Source: Podarcis liolepis
Lineage: Eukaryota
NCBI GenBank assembly: GCA_965112155.1
Contig: OZ218099.1
Length of the DNA stretch: 64,000 bases
Direction: 5' to 3' (one strand)
Position 1 is the first letter of the stretch, and every line of letters begins with the position of its first letter. Made by a program: the position numbers and the translations under genes. Below the pieces are notes generated by a model. The model did no database searches. It was given only the letters and a program-made list of their open reading frames with translations, and had not been told where the DNA came from. Below are positions 49,228-61,124 of the stretch, piece after piece.

Positions 49228-50263
49228 GATGTATGGGTGCAAAGAAACTGTACAGAGGTTAAATCCACATTGGTTTCCCCCATCCCTTGGCTAGACGAAC
49301 CAATAGCCTGACTTGGTATGAGACATTTTGAAATGCATTGGATTTGATCGTTTGGCCGTTCTCTCTTTAAAGGCACTTTGACACTCACTCGCTGAACTCT
49401 TTCTGTGGTCGTACAACAAGTACTGAGCTGCTGTTGCATATGCAGTAGGCAGTTTCTCACAAACAGTGGTGAGCAGTCAGTTGCCATCCTTTAGGGTGCA
49501 GGGTCGCAGGTTGCTGCCAGTGCGTTATTCTGCATTGTGTTGCGGCCAGCAGATCCCTGGCTTTGCAGATCTGAGAAACGAGAGACCACACACCATGCTC
49601 CCAGGCTGCCTGAGGTTTCCTTTACTGGCAAGAAAACAGATTGTGTGAGTGAGCGAGTGCATGTGCAACTGCTCAGTACAACAGTAAGTGGATGCTGGAA
49701 CAATCCTCAGCTTTTAATTTGGGCCTGGTAGTGCAGCTTGCCAAGTATGTCGCTAAATAAATAGCAGGGTGAAGACCTAGTGGCTTAGATCCGATTAACC
49801 TTTATAACATCCTCCTGTGTCTTAGTTGGATTAGCTGTGGTTTTATTATTATTATTAAGAGATGCTTATCTTAGTGACATTTGATGCAAGGGAATTGTCG
49901 TGGTTGTAGTACCTGAGGACAGAAATATATTCTGAAGCAACGGAATTGCTTTTGTGCAACACAGCTAGTTGGGCGACGTCTGCCTTTTTGTTGCTTCTTC
50001 GAGCTTTTGAGAGCTAAAGCTTACGAACATTAATAGCAGTCAAAAATAGATCTCAGTAAGGGGGTGACCAGCTTTATTAGAACGAATACAAAGCTGCAAA
50101 AGAAGTAGACCTCCTTGATCAGTGGCAGAGACTGAAAGAGATGCCTTGGTTTTGGATGCAGAGTTGGTGAAAATTTAAGATAACAATTTAGCACGCAATA
50201 CTCGCCCCCCCCCCCGTTAACTTGGTTTCCCCTTTTAAAAATAGGTTTAGAACTTTGAAACTA

Positions 50264-50516
50264 CAGTCGTACCTCTGCTTACGTACCCCTCTGGATACGT
50301 AAACTTTGGGTTGCGAACGCAGCAAACCTGGAAGTGTATATATCTGGGTTTTGCCACGCGACATACACAGAAGCGCTCTGTGCACAGCGCGTGTGCGCAG
50401 AAGCGCTCAGTCGCGCCACATTCATGCGTGCACAGAAGGGCACCTCCAGTAACGAGGTTTTCGGTATTCAGCTGAGCCTCCAGAACAGATCCTGTTCGTA
50501 ACCGGAGGTACCACTG
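50264..50516. mobile_element. Tigger-like MITE, subfamily 3
   Basis: ta-cagtcgtacctctgcttacg ... cgtaaccggaggtaccactg-ta; internal gcgcagaagcgctc repeats. Confidence 0.8.
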
Positions 50517-50979
50517 TACTCATTCTTTAGTGTGGTATCTTGTCTGTATCCAGGCTGATGACTGATTGCTCAAGCACATAACAGAAACTGCCACTTTATC
50601 ATTGTCCATCACTGCACTTTGGGTAGGCAACATTGTACAAATAGTTCAGAAACTGTGGCTTGACATTGTTTCCCAGGAGGGAGGAGTCTGTTCTAAAGGA
50701 CTAGATGTACAGGCAGCGACTGTTTTAGGCATGTCCAATTGCCATGAAGCGATCGCCGACATGTAGGTCCTTTTGGACCCGGAAATGGTGAAATAGAACC
50801 CCCTTGTGAAATGCTCTGCAACTGTACATTTCCACCAGTTCCTGTGCCTTTAATGGCAGCTTGAACACTTGAAGGGCCTTCTTGCAATTATGAAAAAGCA
50901 GAGCCCTCCTGCAGGCCCCCCATCTGTCTCGCAGTGTTATACAACTCCTGGGGCCTCTACCAGTGTCCCCCATCAAGTG

Positions 50980-51221
50980 AGGATGTCTGAACCAGGCAGA
51001 GGGCCTTCTCAGTGGTGGCGCCCACCCTGTGGATGTCAGATCAATAAACAACTATCTGACTTTTAGAAGACATCTGAAGGCAGCCCAGTTTGGGAAGGTT
51101 TTTAATGTTTGATGTTTTATTGTGCTTTTAATTCTGTTGGGAGCCGCCCAGAATGGCTGGGGAAACCCAGCCAGATGGGCGGGGTATAAATTTATTACTA
51201 TTATTATTATTATTATTATTT
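50980..51221 (+). mobile_element. L2 LINE 3' end with (TTA)n tail
   Basis: aaccaggcagagggccttctc...gggcggggtataaat(TTA)n. Confidence 0.88.
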
Positions 51222-51340
51222 TGAAGAGGGGATGCTTAGAGCTCTACACCATGCGCAGCTAACCTGTGGCCTCCCTATGTTGTTGGACTACAACTCCCAT
51301 CAGCCTCAGGGATGATAGGCGTCATAGCCAAGCAGTTGAT

Positions 51341-51492
51341 GCCTGGATAGCTCAGTTGGTTAGAGTGTGGTGCTGATAATGCCAAGGTTGCAGGTTCAAT
51401 CCCCGTATGGGACAGCTGCAAATTCCTGCATTGCAGGGGGTTGGACTAGATGATCCTCAGGGCCCCTTCCAACTCTAAAATTCTATGATTCT
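51341..51492 (+). mobile_element. tRNA-Ile-headed SINE with CR1 tail, full length, inside an old hAT MITE (~51250-51530)
   Basis: gcctggatagctcagttggttagagtgtggtgctgataatgccaaggttgcaggttcaatcccc ... ttctatgattct. Confidence 0.9.
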
Positions 51493-51837
51493 CTGAAATG
51501 TCAGGAGGGCCACAGATTTCCCACGCTTGTGTTGCACAGTCTAGTAGAGTTCCAGATCACCGGGAAGCTGCTCTTGAGATATCCATGCTCAGCATATGGA
51601 TGGCAGGAGCTGGGAGATAGGCCTTTTTCTCTCTCCCCCCCCCCTTTTTTGAAGCACAGCCCCACTACCCCTTAATCATGTGGAGCCCAATTAATGTGCA
51701 AAGCATGTGACGTGGGGGGGGGCAAGGACTTCTCTCAAGTGTCCTCTGTTAAAGGCAAGGCAGAAAATCAGGCTTTCCCCCTCTGATCAGGTAGTAACTC
51801 CAGGGGTGGAGATGCCAGGGCACCGCAATATTTAGAG

Positions 51838-52113
51838 CGGGGTGAGCTCCCGTTGCTCGGTCCCTGCTCCTGCCAACCTAGCAGTTCGAAAGCACATCAA
51901 GTGCAAGTAGATAAATAGGTACCGCTCTGGCGGGAAGGTAAACGGCGTTTCCGTGCGCTGCTCTAGTTTCGCCAGAAGCGGCTTAGTCATGCTGGCCACA
52001 TGATCCGGAAGCTGTACACCGGCTCCCTTGGCTAATAAAGCGAGATGAGTGCTGCAACTCCAGAGTCGGCCACGACTGGACCTAATGGTCAGGGGTCCCT
52101 TTACCTGTACCTT
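51838..52113 (+). mobile_element. Sauria SINE, 5'-truncated
   Basis: Starts at cggggtgagctcccgttgctcgg; ends ccctttacctgtacctt. Confidence 0.9.
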
Positions 52114-53664
52114 ATAACAGGTTGAGCCTTGTAAATTGTGCAGTGAATAAAGTTCTAGTCAAAGGCTTCAGTCACCTGGTTTGAAATCCCAGCTCAGCTG
52201 CGTGGCCCTGGGGCCCTTGCTCCACTTCTGACTCCTTGGAAACCTTTCCTCCCGGTTCCCCCAGCCTGCTTATTAAATTGAGATACGCTGGATGTTAATT
52301 TCCCTTTTTAGGGATTAATATATTCATGTAGTTCTTGTCCATTGACCCCCACAGCAGCTTGCAAACTGGGTATGCAAATTGCTAGCTACAGAGGATGACT
52401 GATCCGTTAATAAATGGGATCTGATGCCCGTAAAGAGATAACTAATGTTGAAGTAATCACTGTGAGGTAATAGCTTTTTAAAATTATTTTTTAAGTTGCC
52501 TGTGGACCTTTCCTGCTTGGTATTCCATGTTTCGGGTTATCTCATTATAGGAACACTTAAAGACAAAAGTGAGCAGATGGTTTTTGCGCAGCCTTCTCTG
52601 GTGCTTGCCATCCTTCCCATGTTCAGTGGGTCCACTGTTGGCTTTCAGAGATCTGATAATGACTTGAAACAAACAAGAGCGAAACCAATTAGATTTTGTG
52701 CCAGGTCAGAGGTTGGGTGGAGTGAAACAGCATTATTTGAGGAAGGGCAATTCCTGCTGCTACCACCATTGCTTCTGCTGCTATTGCTACTAATCAGTTA
52801 ATTAATATACTGCTTGGTGCCACAGTTAGGGTTCAAAATGAGTTCCGATTATAAAAACCAGTTGCTCAAGCAATATAGACATCCACAATTCAAGGATGCA
52901 ATAAATCAATCCCATTGAAACATACAATTTCATTCTACTGTTGGTACTGATCATAGGGGTGTAAGGAAGCACAATAGTTTTTGTGGATTTGATGGAGCAA
53001 GTGGCAAAACCCTGTGCCGTTTCCAGATTCTTTCTTTCTGCAAGCCAAGAACTGTTCGATGGGTACCAAGGGGCAACAGAACTCACCAGAACCTGATGTT
53101 CCATTTAATGTGTGACTTTGTTTGCTCAGTGCTGGTGCTGTTATGAGGAAAATGTCCAGTGTCTCAAATTTTGGGGTGGTGACTAATTTTTATTTATTTA
53201 TTGAGCCTGCAAGTTTCATACTCCATGGCTAACAGCAGCTTGAAGGGGGGCGCTGCCTGGATCAGGGCTATGTCACTGCGGAAAGTGTTAGGTCCCTCTT
53301 CCTGTCCATTCTGTGCCGCAACGATTTTTACAAAAAGAATTTCGTGGGCTCCAAACATGGAGCTACAACATAGTACAGGCAACAACCATTTTACTCTTCA
53401 ATACGCGTGACCGCACATCCCTGTGAACGCGGAAGTGACTAGGAAAAGGGTAAAAACAGCCCTAAAAGAGTGCAGAAAGGGCAAAGATGGCATGAAATCC
53501 CATGAACCTTAGCAAGTGCAATCCCAGGAGCCCTTGCACCAACCGTTGAGGCCCGTGGAGATCTGGGGTTTGAGCAAAGAGGTTTAAAGTTAGCAATGGT
53601 GTTGGAGTTTGCTTGATCTTTGTTTTTTGTAAGGGTTTTTTCAAGGGTTTCCAGAGATTTAGAG

Positions 53665-53802
53665 CAGGCATAGGCAAACTCTGCCCACCAGATGTTTTGG
53701 GACTACAGTTCCCATCATCCCTGACCACTGGTCCTGTTAGCTTGGGATGATGGGAGTTGTAGGCCAGAAAACATCTGGAGGGCCAAGTTTGCCCTATGCC
53801 TG
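53665..53802. mobile_element. Palindromic hAT MITE
   Basis: Same family as 14811; 8-bp TSD atttagag/gtttagag. Confidence 0.9.
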
Positions 53803-54888
53803 GTTTAGAGGGTGTTTGAAGGCTTTTTCAATAGTGTTCCCAATGCGCAGTGCCTAACCCCATGTAAACATGCAGTTGCCTGTAGGTCATTGCACAGCAG
53901 CAAGCCTGACATTGCCCCTGAGTGTACACTTGATTATGTGACCCTCGCAGTGTGCCTGTACAATACCCATGTTTTCAAACACCTGCTTGTTGCATTCAGA
54001 CTTCATATTTTTGCATGTACAGGTAAAAAAGCTTATAGGTGGAACAGCCCTGATGTGAACCACCTGTTTGCTATAAGTTTGCAAGGTGCTGTATTTCTCC
54101 CCTCCATGTATTTATTATTAATATTATACCATGTCTGCAACATACAGGGAAAACAACAATGAGAAATGAGCCTTGAATTGCGCAGAGATTAAACTGACAT
54201 TGTCAATTCAAGGAGGAGATGAAATAAAGCTTACCCTGTCGAAACTTACAACTTTCTGACTCAAGAGTGTGACAACTGCAGTATGATAATGTTACAAAAG
54301 AAAAGTACTGACTTGTGATTTCAGGCTGCAGGAAGATAAATCAATCCCTTCTTCCCAGTCCAAGTGATGTGCAACCCTCCAACTCAAATATCAGAACAGT
54401 TCCAAAACGATAAAAGGTTTTACAACAGAGAGGTCTCAATGGTATGCACATAAAGGGATACCAGATTGCCACTGAAAGATTCGGTGTTTCTACCCCTGAG
54501 GGAGACCAAAGTGTTACTTGTTCAAAGAAAAATAAAAAATATATTTAGAAGCTAGAGATGTTCTTGCTGCCATCAAAAATATTTTTTAATGTAAGTCATC
54601 TCTGGCTTTCTAGGATCTGAGGAAAAAAGAGACGCCTCGGGGGGGGGGGGCGAACAGGCGGGTTGCTGTGGCTTGGATTGCAGGACAAAGTTAAATTACG
54701 GCAATTCATGCAAAGAAGGTTTCTGCTCACCTGCAGTTGCTTCTGACCCCTGAAAAAACACTCTCCGGAGGGTTGACCAATTAGTTGGGGATGGGAGGCA
54801 GGAACTCCTGGGCCAGCAGGTATTGTACACAGCCGGTCTTAGGTCCTAAGGTAACTTAAGGACATTCATTGGGAGGAAAGTTTGTTGC

Positions 54889-55075
54889 CATAAGAACATA
54901 TATGAAGAGCCCTGCTGGATCAGAGAAGTGGCCCATCTAGTCCAGCAACATGTTCTCACCATGGGCAGCCAGATGCCTGTGTGAATTCTGCATGCAAGGC
55001 TTGAGTGCCACCATGCTCTCTCCAGATGTAATTTCCAGCAACTGATTTTCAGAGGCAAGCCACCTCTGATGCTGA
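54889..55075 (-). mobile_element. CR1-like 3' end (TTCTTATG-type tail)
   Basis: cataagaacata..gaagagccctgctggatcag...ggcccatctagtccagca, the reverse complement of a CR1-type terminus. Confidence 0.6.
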
Positions 55076-55081
55076 TACTCT

Positions 55082-55263
55082 CTAACAGGTATGGTGGCTC
55101 ATTTACCAGAAGTAATGAATTTAGCATTAACTCTGGAAGTGTATGACCAAACCAAGCTTCCTGATGTATATGTTGGTCTAGGAGGCTTAGTTTCCTTAGA
55201 ATACACTTCCAGAGTTAACACTAAATTCATTACTTCTGGTAAATGAGCCACCATAGCTGCTAG
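55082..55263. repeat. Near-perfect ~180-bp inverted repeat (probable foldback MITE)
   Basis: 55090-55144 pairs with 55201-55255 at 53/55; an inner stem 55149-55162 / 55180-55193 adds 12/14; TA near both ends. Confidence 0.9.
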
Positions 55264-56458
55264 CGGGTTGTGAGAATTTGTGTCCCTGGGTTTTTAGACT
55301 CTTCTACCCATGTTCTCTTTGAAACCAAAGGGGCACATTAGTTGCCAGATGTGAAATATATGGGCACTATTTTCAGCTCTTCTATCCCACTATGTTATCC
55401 ATCCTGGCAGGGAGCCATAGCTTTAGACTTTGTAAATTTGCCCCCACCCCCCAAAACCCTCCTGTGCCCCTTCCCACATGGTTGGGAGTGCACAGAGAAA
55501 GGAGGGGGACCACAAACTTCTGTAAGTTAACTTCAGGAAGTTTTTTTAGGGATTCAAGCCTGCATCTTTAATTTTGCTCTAGAAAGTCCTGCGTTTTACA
55601 CACTCCCACCACAAATGCGAACAAGTGCCTTTCTGTATTGGCCTCCGATTGCTGAATGTGCTGCTGAAGCCTACACGCCGTAGGCTGTCGATATGCTGTA
55701 ACTTTATTACTTTTTTTTAAACAAAAATTCTTTATTACTATTTTTTAAACGTCCACCTCCCACTCAGCCCTCCCACAAGCTTTTCATTGTAACACTGGTA
55801 CTGGCGCATTTATGTTTTCTGTCTGAATTGTTTTGGGGTTGTGTTGATACGGCAAAGGTCTGCAACAAAAAGACCACCGGGCAGTGGCGGGTAGGGCTCC
55901 CCCCCCCCCAGTCTGCCTCCATTCATAAGCGGCTGTGGTGGGTGGGAAAGGGTCTTGTTTGCATGACAGGATTTAAGATGAGGTTACTTTGTTTTGTTTT
56001 GAGGTTTTGTTCCAGGGCTGCTGTGCCGACCCCTGAGGGTATATGACAATACAAAGCCCGCACATGAGATTTCATAGGGCTAGAGCTGCGGAGGGTGGGA
56101 GGGGGCGAGGAGTGGAAGAAAATAAACGACAGAAGGAGAGTTTCTCTCCAGCAGATGTGGCCACTCAAAAGGCAGCCTGTGCCCCATCTATCACTCCAGG
56201 AGATGAAGGGTTTTCATCTTTCTCTCCTTTTCACAGCTCCGGTTAATGATTATCAATACGAGGAGGAACACGGATGGGAAATGGAGAGAGAGGGTTGTTT
56301 TGGCAGCCCCAATAAAATACGCGAATTCTTCTCCCCGGTGGCCTCTCCTCTCACCTTCCCTGCCATGGGTGTGCACTCTCAAACTTTGGAGGCAGAATGC
56401 AAATTGGCAGAGCATTGCTCCCTCCAAAGAATCCTGGGATTTGTAGTTCGTTAAGGCA

Positions 56459-56989
56459 AACAAACCTAGACAGCATCTTAAAAAGTAGAAACATCACCTT
56501 GCCGACAAAGGTCCGTATAGTAAAAGCTATGGTTTTCCCAGTGGTGATGTATGGAAGTGAGAGCTGGACCATAAAGAAGGCTGATCGCCGAAGAATTGAT
56601 GCTTTTGAATTATGGTGCTAGAAGAGACTCTTGAGAGTCCCGTGGCCTGCAAGAAGATCAAACGTATCCATTCTTAAGGAAGTATCCATTCTTAAGGAAA
56701 TCAGCCCTGAGTGCTCACTGGAAGGACAGATCATGAAGCTGAGGCTCCAGTACTTTGGCCACCTCATGAGAAGAGAAGACTCCCTGGAAAAGACCCTGAT
56801 GTTGGGAAAGATGGAGGGCACAAGGAGAAGGGGACGACAGAGGACGAGATGGTTGGACAGTGTTCTTGAAGCTACCAGCATGAGTTTGATCAAACTGCGG
56901 GAAGCCAGTGGAGGACAGAAGTGCCTGGCGTGCTCTGGTCCATGGGGTCACGAAGAGTCGGACACGACTAAACGACTAAACAACAACAA
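56459..56989 (+). mobile_element. Bov-B (RTE) LINE, 5'-truncated 3' fragment
   Basis: Highly similar to 8895-9407; in-frame stop (tgctag ~56619); 18-bp tandem duplication gtatccattcttaaggaa at 56664-56699; (CAA)n tail; possible TSD aaggca. Confidence 0.95.
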
Positions 56990-57210
56990 GGCAGAGGGCC
57001 TTCTGGGTAGTGGCGCCTGCCCTGTGGGACGCCCTCCCCTCAGATGTCAAACAGATAAATAACTATTTGAGTTTTAGAAGACATCTGAAGGGAAGTTTTT
57101 AATGATGTTTTACCAGGTTTAAATATTTTGTTGGGAGCCACCCAGAGTGGCTTGGGCAACCCAGTCATTTGGGCCGCATATAAATAATAATTATTATTTT
57201 TAATCATTAT
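56990..57210 (+). mobile_element. L2 LINE 3' end
   Basis: ggcagagggccttctgggtagtggcgcc...gagccacccagagtggcttgggcaacccag plus AT-rich tail. Confidence 0.85.
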
Positions 57211-57249
57211 TAGTAGCAACAGCAGCAGTAGTACTGAGAGTTGTCTGAT

Positions 57250-58195
57250 GTGCTGGACCTCTGTCTTGCCTCAGTTATGGACTGGATGAGAGTTAAGAAA
57301 TTAAAGCTCAATCCAGATAAGACTGAGGTATTGTTAGTGTGCAGTCCCTAGACCGGATGGATGGATGGATGGATGGATGGATGGATGGATGGATGGATGT
57401 GAGGTTGTCTGTTCTTGATGGAGTTACTCTCACTCTGAAGGAGCGAGTATGCGGCTTGGGGATACTCCTGGATCCATTACTATTGAGGCTCAGGTGGCCT
57501 CAGTGGCCCTGCGTGCCTTCCATCAGCGTCTGATGGTGGCTCATCTGCAGCCCTATCTGGACAGGGGTAACCTAATGTAGATTGCAAACCACTTGGAGAT
57601 TATTTTTTTCCTTAAAAAATATAAAACGGTACAGAAATTAAATGAAATGAGTAATAATACTTTCTGTCATCAATGCTCTTGTAGCCTCTAGGTTAGGTTA
57701 CTGCAACATGTTATATGTGGGGCTGCTTCTCAAGATGGTTTGGAAACTTTGGCTGGTGCAGAATTTGGGGCCCAGGTTGCTTACTGGGGCGCAAGACAGT
57801 TTGAGAATATAACACCAATCTGGGCCTGACTTCACCAGCTAGCAATTGGTTTCTGGGACCAATTCAAAATGTTGGTTTTTGACGTACAAATCCTTAAATG
57901 GCTCAAGACTGCCTCTCCCCGTGTGACCTGACCCAGGTCCCATGATTGTCTTCTGAGGCCCTTCTTCATGTTCCTCCTCCATGGGCCATTTCTATGGTGG
58001 CTTCCCATTTGTGGAATGCTCTCTCCAGGGAAGCTTGCCTGGGGCCTTGGTTACATATCTTTAGCGGCCAGCCAAAAACATTCCTCCCCTCTTAGACCTT
58101 TGGCTAATTAAACAATCTATGGCCTTTCTGGGAGCTGTATGATTTTTGTTTGTTACTATGTTGTGTGTTTTTGTGTTTTGATATTGCAAACTGCC
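57250..58195 (+). mobile_element. Older degraded L2 ORF2/3' fragment, with (GGAT)n at 57355-57398
   Basis: tggatgagagttaagaaattaaagctcaatccagataagactgag (WM..KLKLNPDKTE) and gttactgcaacatgttatatgtggggctg (YCNMLYVGL) are L2 RT motifs. Confidence 0.75.
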
Positions 58196-58400
58196 TATTC
58201 CCCTCACAAAGCTACAGTTCCCAAAGTAGCTTAACAGTCAATCCCTCTTCCCTCAGGGAACTCTGGGAAATGAAGTTCTGAGAAGAGAATATGGGTCTCC
58301 TAACAACTTTTAGCACCCTTACTTCCCAAAATTCTTCAGGGGAAGCCATGGCTGTTTAAATTGGTATCATTGTGCTTTGAATATATTGTGTGGTAGTGGC
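58195..58400. mobile_element. Degraded repeat, also present at ~47160-47300
   Basis: Shared gctacagttccca(g/a)agt...aatcccc..cagggaactctgg sequence. Confidence 0.5.
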
Positions 58401-58888
58401 CTGGCATCTCCACATTCCACCAAGGCCTTTGTTTCAAAGCTGTTGCCCCACATGCCAGAGTTCTCTTTCCGCAAAGCAGCGCTTTTCCTCTTGGCCAGTG
58501 ATGCTGAAATGCTACTGAAATAGAAATGTATGGGGGAGTTGGGAGACTTAAGTAAAATCTGACCCAGGTAACCTGCTGTAACCTTGGCTGCCCTTCCTTG
58601 GAGATTAGTCAGGGTAGAGAGATTTCCTTTTCAATTGCAAAAACACCCAACTGTCTCCATTACTAGGTGCCAGCGGCTGGTCTCTCTTTCTCATGACAAT
58701 ACAAGTTGCCTTCGGTTGACAAGTGTGTTCACAACTCCCCTTTCTAAAAAAAATAAAATAAAATCCACCTCTACTTGGCTGAATCATGGTTCCAAAATGT
58801 TTTAGTTGGTTTTATACTCCTAGTGTGCTCAAACTGTTAGAAGCTACAGTACCCGCCACTGTGACTTCAACCTGCTATCAAAGAACTA

Positions 58889-59303
58889 CAGTGGTACCTC
58901 GCAAGACGAATGCCTCGCAAGACAAAAAACTCGCTAGACGAAAGGTTTTTCCGTTTTCGATTTGCCTCGCAAGACGAATTTCCCTATGGGCTTGCTTCGC
59001 AAGACGAAAACGTCTCGCGACTTTGTTTTCTTTGTCTAAAAACAAAGACATGTTTTGTTTATAAAGTTAATTTATTTTCCCTTCAATTTTTGAACTGCTC
59101 TTTACAGTATGTGTGACTTTAAAGAGCAGTTAATAAACTGTTGTTGTACCAAATTTGGCTTTGTTTGGACTTTTTTTGACCATAGGAACGCATTAATTGA
59201 TTTTCAATGCATTCCTATGGGATTTCGTGCTTCGCAAGACGAAAAATTCGCTAGACGACAAAAATTGCGGAACGAATTAATTTTGTCTTGCGGGGCACCA
59301 CTG
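58889..59303. mobile_element. Tigger-like non-autonomous element, subfamily 4 (415 bp)
   Basis: ta-cagtggtacctcgcaagac ... gtcttgcggggcaccactg-ta; repeated cgc(a/t)agacgaa motifs. Confidence 0.85.
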
Positions 59304-59694
59304 TATTGAGATACAGAAGGTGTGGGGGATGATATCTAGATATCTATATCCGTAGCATTGCTGTCTGTGTACTAACTCTGGTGGGAGGGAGGAAATAACC
59401 CATCATTACCATGTCTGGGAAATTCCCTGAAATTGAAGGGTTTCATGGGCATGGTTGTAATTGATCTGAGCTCTGTATGTGCCAGCTTGTACAGGCAGAT
59501 GACAAGTTTGAGAGGTGTGCGTGTGATCAAATTTTCATTCGCTTTAAACTCTACACAAATAGGGTACTTTTTTGGGGGGGGTAATCCTCATTCCATGTAT
59601 CATGATATATGCCATCACATATTGTGTATTGTCAAGATTACAAACTTCAGGATTACCATAATTTTTCTTTACAAGAACACTGTGAGGTCACATA

Positions 59695-60046
59695 AAAAGG
59701 TAAAGGGACCCCTGACCATTAGGTCCAGTTGTGGCCGACTCTGGGGTTGCGGCGCTCATCTCGCTTTATTGGCCGAGGGAGCCGGCGTACAGCTTCCGGG
59801 TCATGTGGCCAGCATGACTAAGCCACTTCTGGCGAACCAGAGCAGCGCACAGAAACGCCGTTTACCTTCCCGCCTCAGCGGTACCTATTTATCTACTTGC
59901 ACTTTGACGTGCTTTCGAACTGCTAGGTTGGCAGGAGCAGGGACTGAGAGATAGGAGCTCACCCCATCACGGGGATTCGAACTGCCTACCTTCTGATCGG
60001 CAAGTCCTAGGATCTGTGGTTTAACCCACAGTGCCACCCGTGTCCC
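59695..60046 (-). mobile_element. Sauria SINE, full length
   Basis: 14-bp TSD tgtgaggtcacata at 59681-59694 and 60047-60060. Confidence 0.93.
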
Positions 60047-60739
60047 TGTGAGGTCACATAGAGAGGACTAAAAGCCCAAAGACATTCAGTGGCAGGAATT
60101 TGGCCCCAGGCCATGCTGCAGAGCCTGTGGCAGACTGGGGTGTGGGGGTGGTGAATGCTAGTATGGGGAGATTGGGCTGGTAAGGGGGCTTTGGGCTGTG
60201 CATGACCTGGCCAACCATTGGTGCCCAGTTGCGTACCCACTAAACCCCACTAGTTGTGACTTAGTTGCCTTTGCCCTGGGCTTCCTTTTCCTCCCTTCCC
60301 AGCTGTTTATCTCTTGCCTACCTTCCTCTCACCCCCTCTGCTTACTGACTTGCCCCCAGTACATCTCCGTCTCCTTCTTTGTATTTGTTGGCTTCACTGC
60401 TTCCATTCCCGTATATTAAACACCTTTGGGACTCGTCATTCGGAAGACTTCACACCCTAATTATTCCTTCCCGGATCCTGAATTGTTTTTCATGCTCTCC
60501 GCCTCCTTTTATTTTCCTGCTCAGTAAATGTTTGCCCACTAGTAAAATGTTGTGAAGAGCCCGCTGAAACTCTCTCAATTACCCACTGCTTTTTCTTTGC
60601 TTTTGCACAAGAAGATTAGCTGAGCTATGTGATTTGCGGTAGTCGTGGATGCATGGACTTTTCTGTGAGTTATCTAGATTTTGGAGTAGCTGGAGATGCT
60701 AGGGATTGATCCTAGGTCCTTCTGCCTGAAAAGCATGGA

Positions 60740-60880
60740 GTCATAGAAGCGTAGAGTTGGAAGGGACCCTGAGGATCATCTAGCCCAAGCTCTGCAATGC
60801 AATAATATTCAGCTGTTCTGTACGGGGATCAAACCTGCAACCTTGGTGTTATTAGCACCATCCTCTAACCAAGTCAGCTA
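60740..60880 (-). mobile_element. tRNA-Ile-headed CR1-tail SINE nested in an older SINE (~60690-60912)
   Basis: Minus strand tagctgacttggttagaggatggtgctaataacaccaaggttgcagg...cccttccaactctacgcttctatga. Confidence 0.8.
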
Positions 60881-61124
60881 ATTAGTGAGGCATGCACTCT
60901 TCCCCTGAGCCACGAGTTCTCTTCTGTATGTTCCCCAATCATGCACCCTCTATGTACAGACTAGGCCAAAATATTATAACTGATAGATGAACAAAATGGA
61001 TTTTGAAGTGGGAATGACCTTGACTTTCCTGGGACTCCTATGAACCAGGGTCCTGCTTGAGGAGACGAGGCACTCTTTTTCTTTTCTCTAGAAGCACGCT
61101 ATGAAGGGCCCTAGAACCTGTCTG

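Noticed and set aside
58889-59303. Spaced cgcaagacgaa repeats resembling a CRISPR-like array
   Set aside because: Short, irregularly spaced motifs inside a TIR/TA-bounded eukaryotic transposon; no cas genes.
59433-59954. 173-aa ORF and similar ORFs at 4860, 15936 and 45150 sharing a peptide
   Set aside because: The shared peptide is the antisense translation of Sauria SINE copies, not a gene family.
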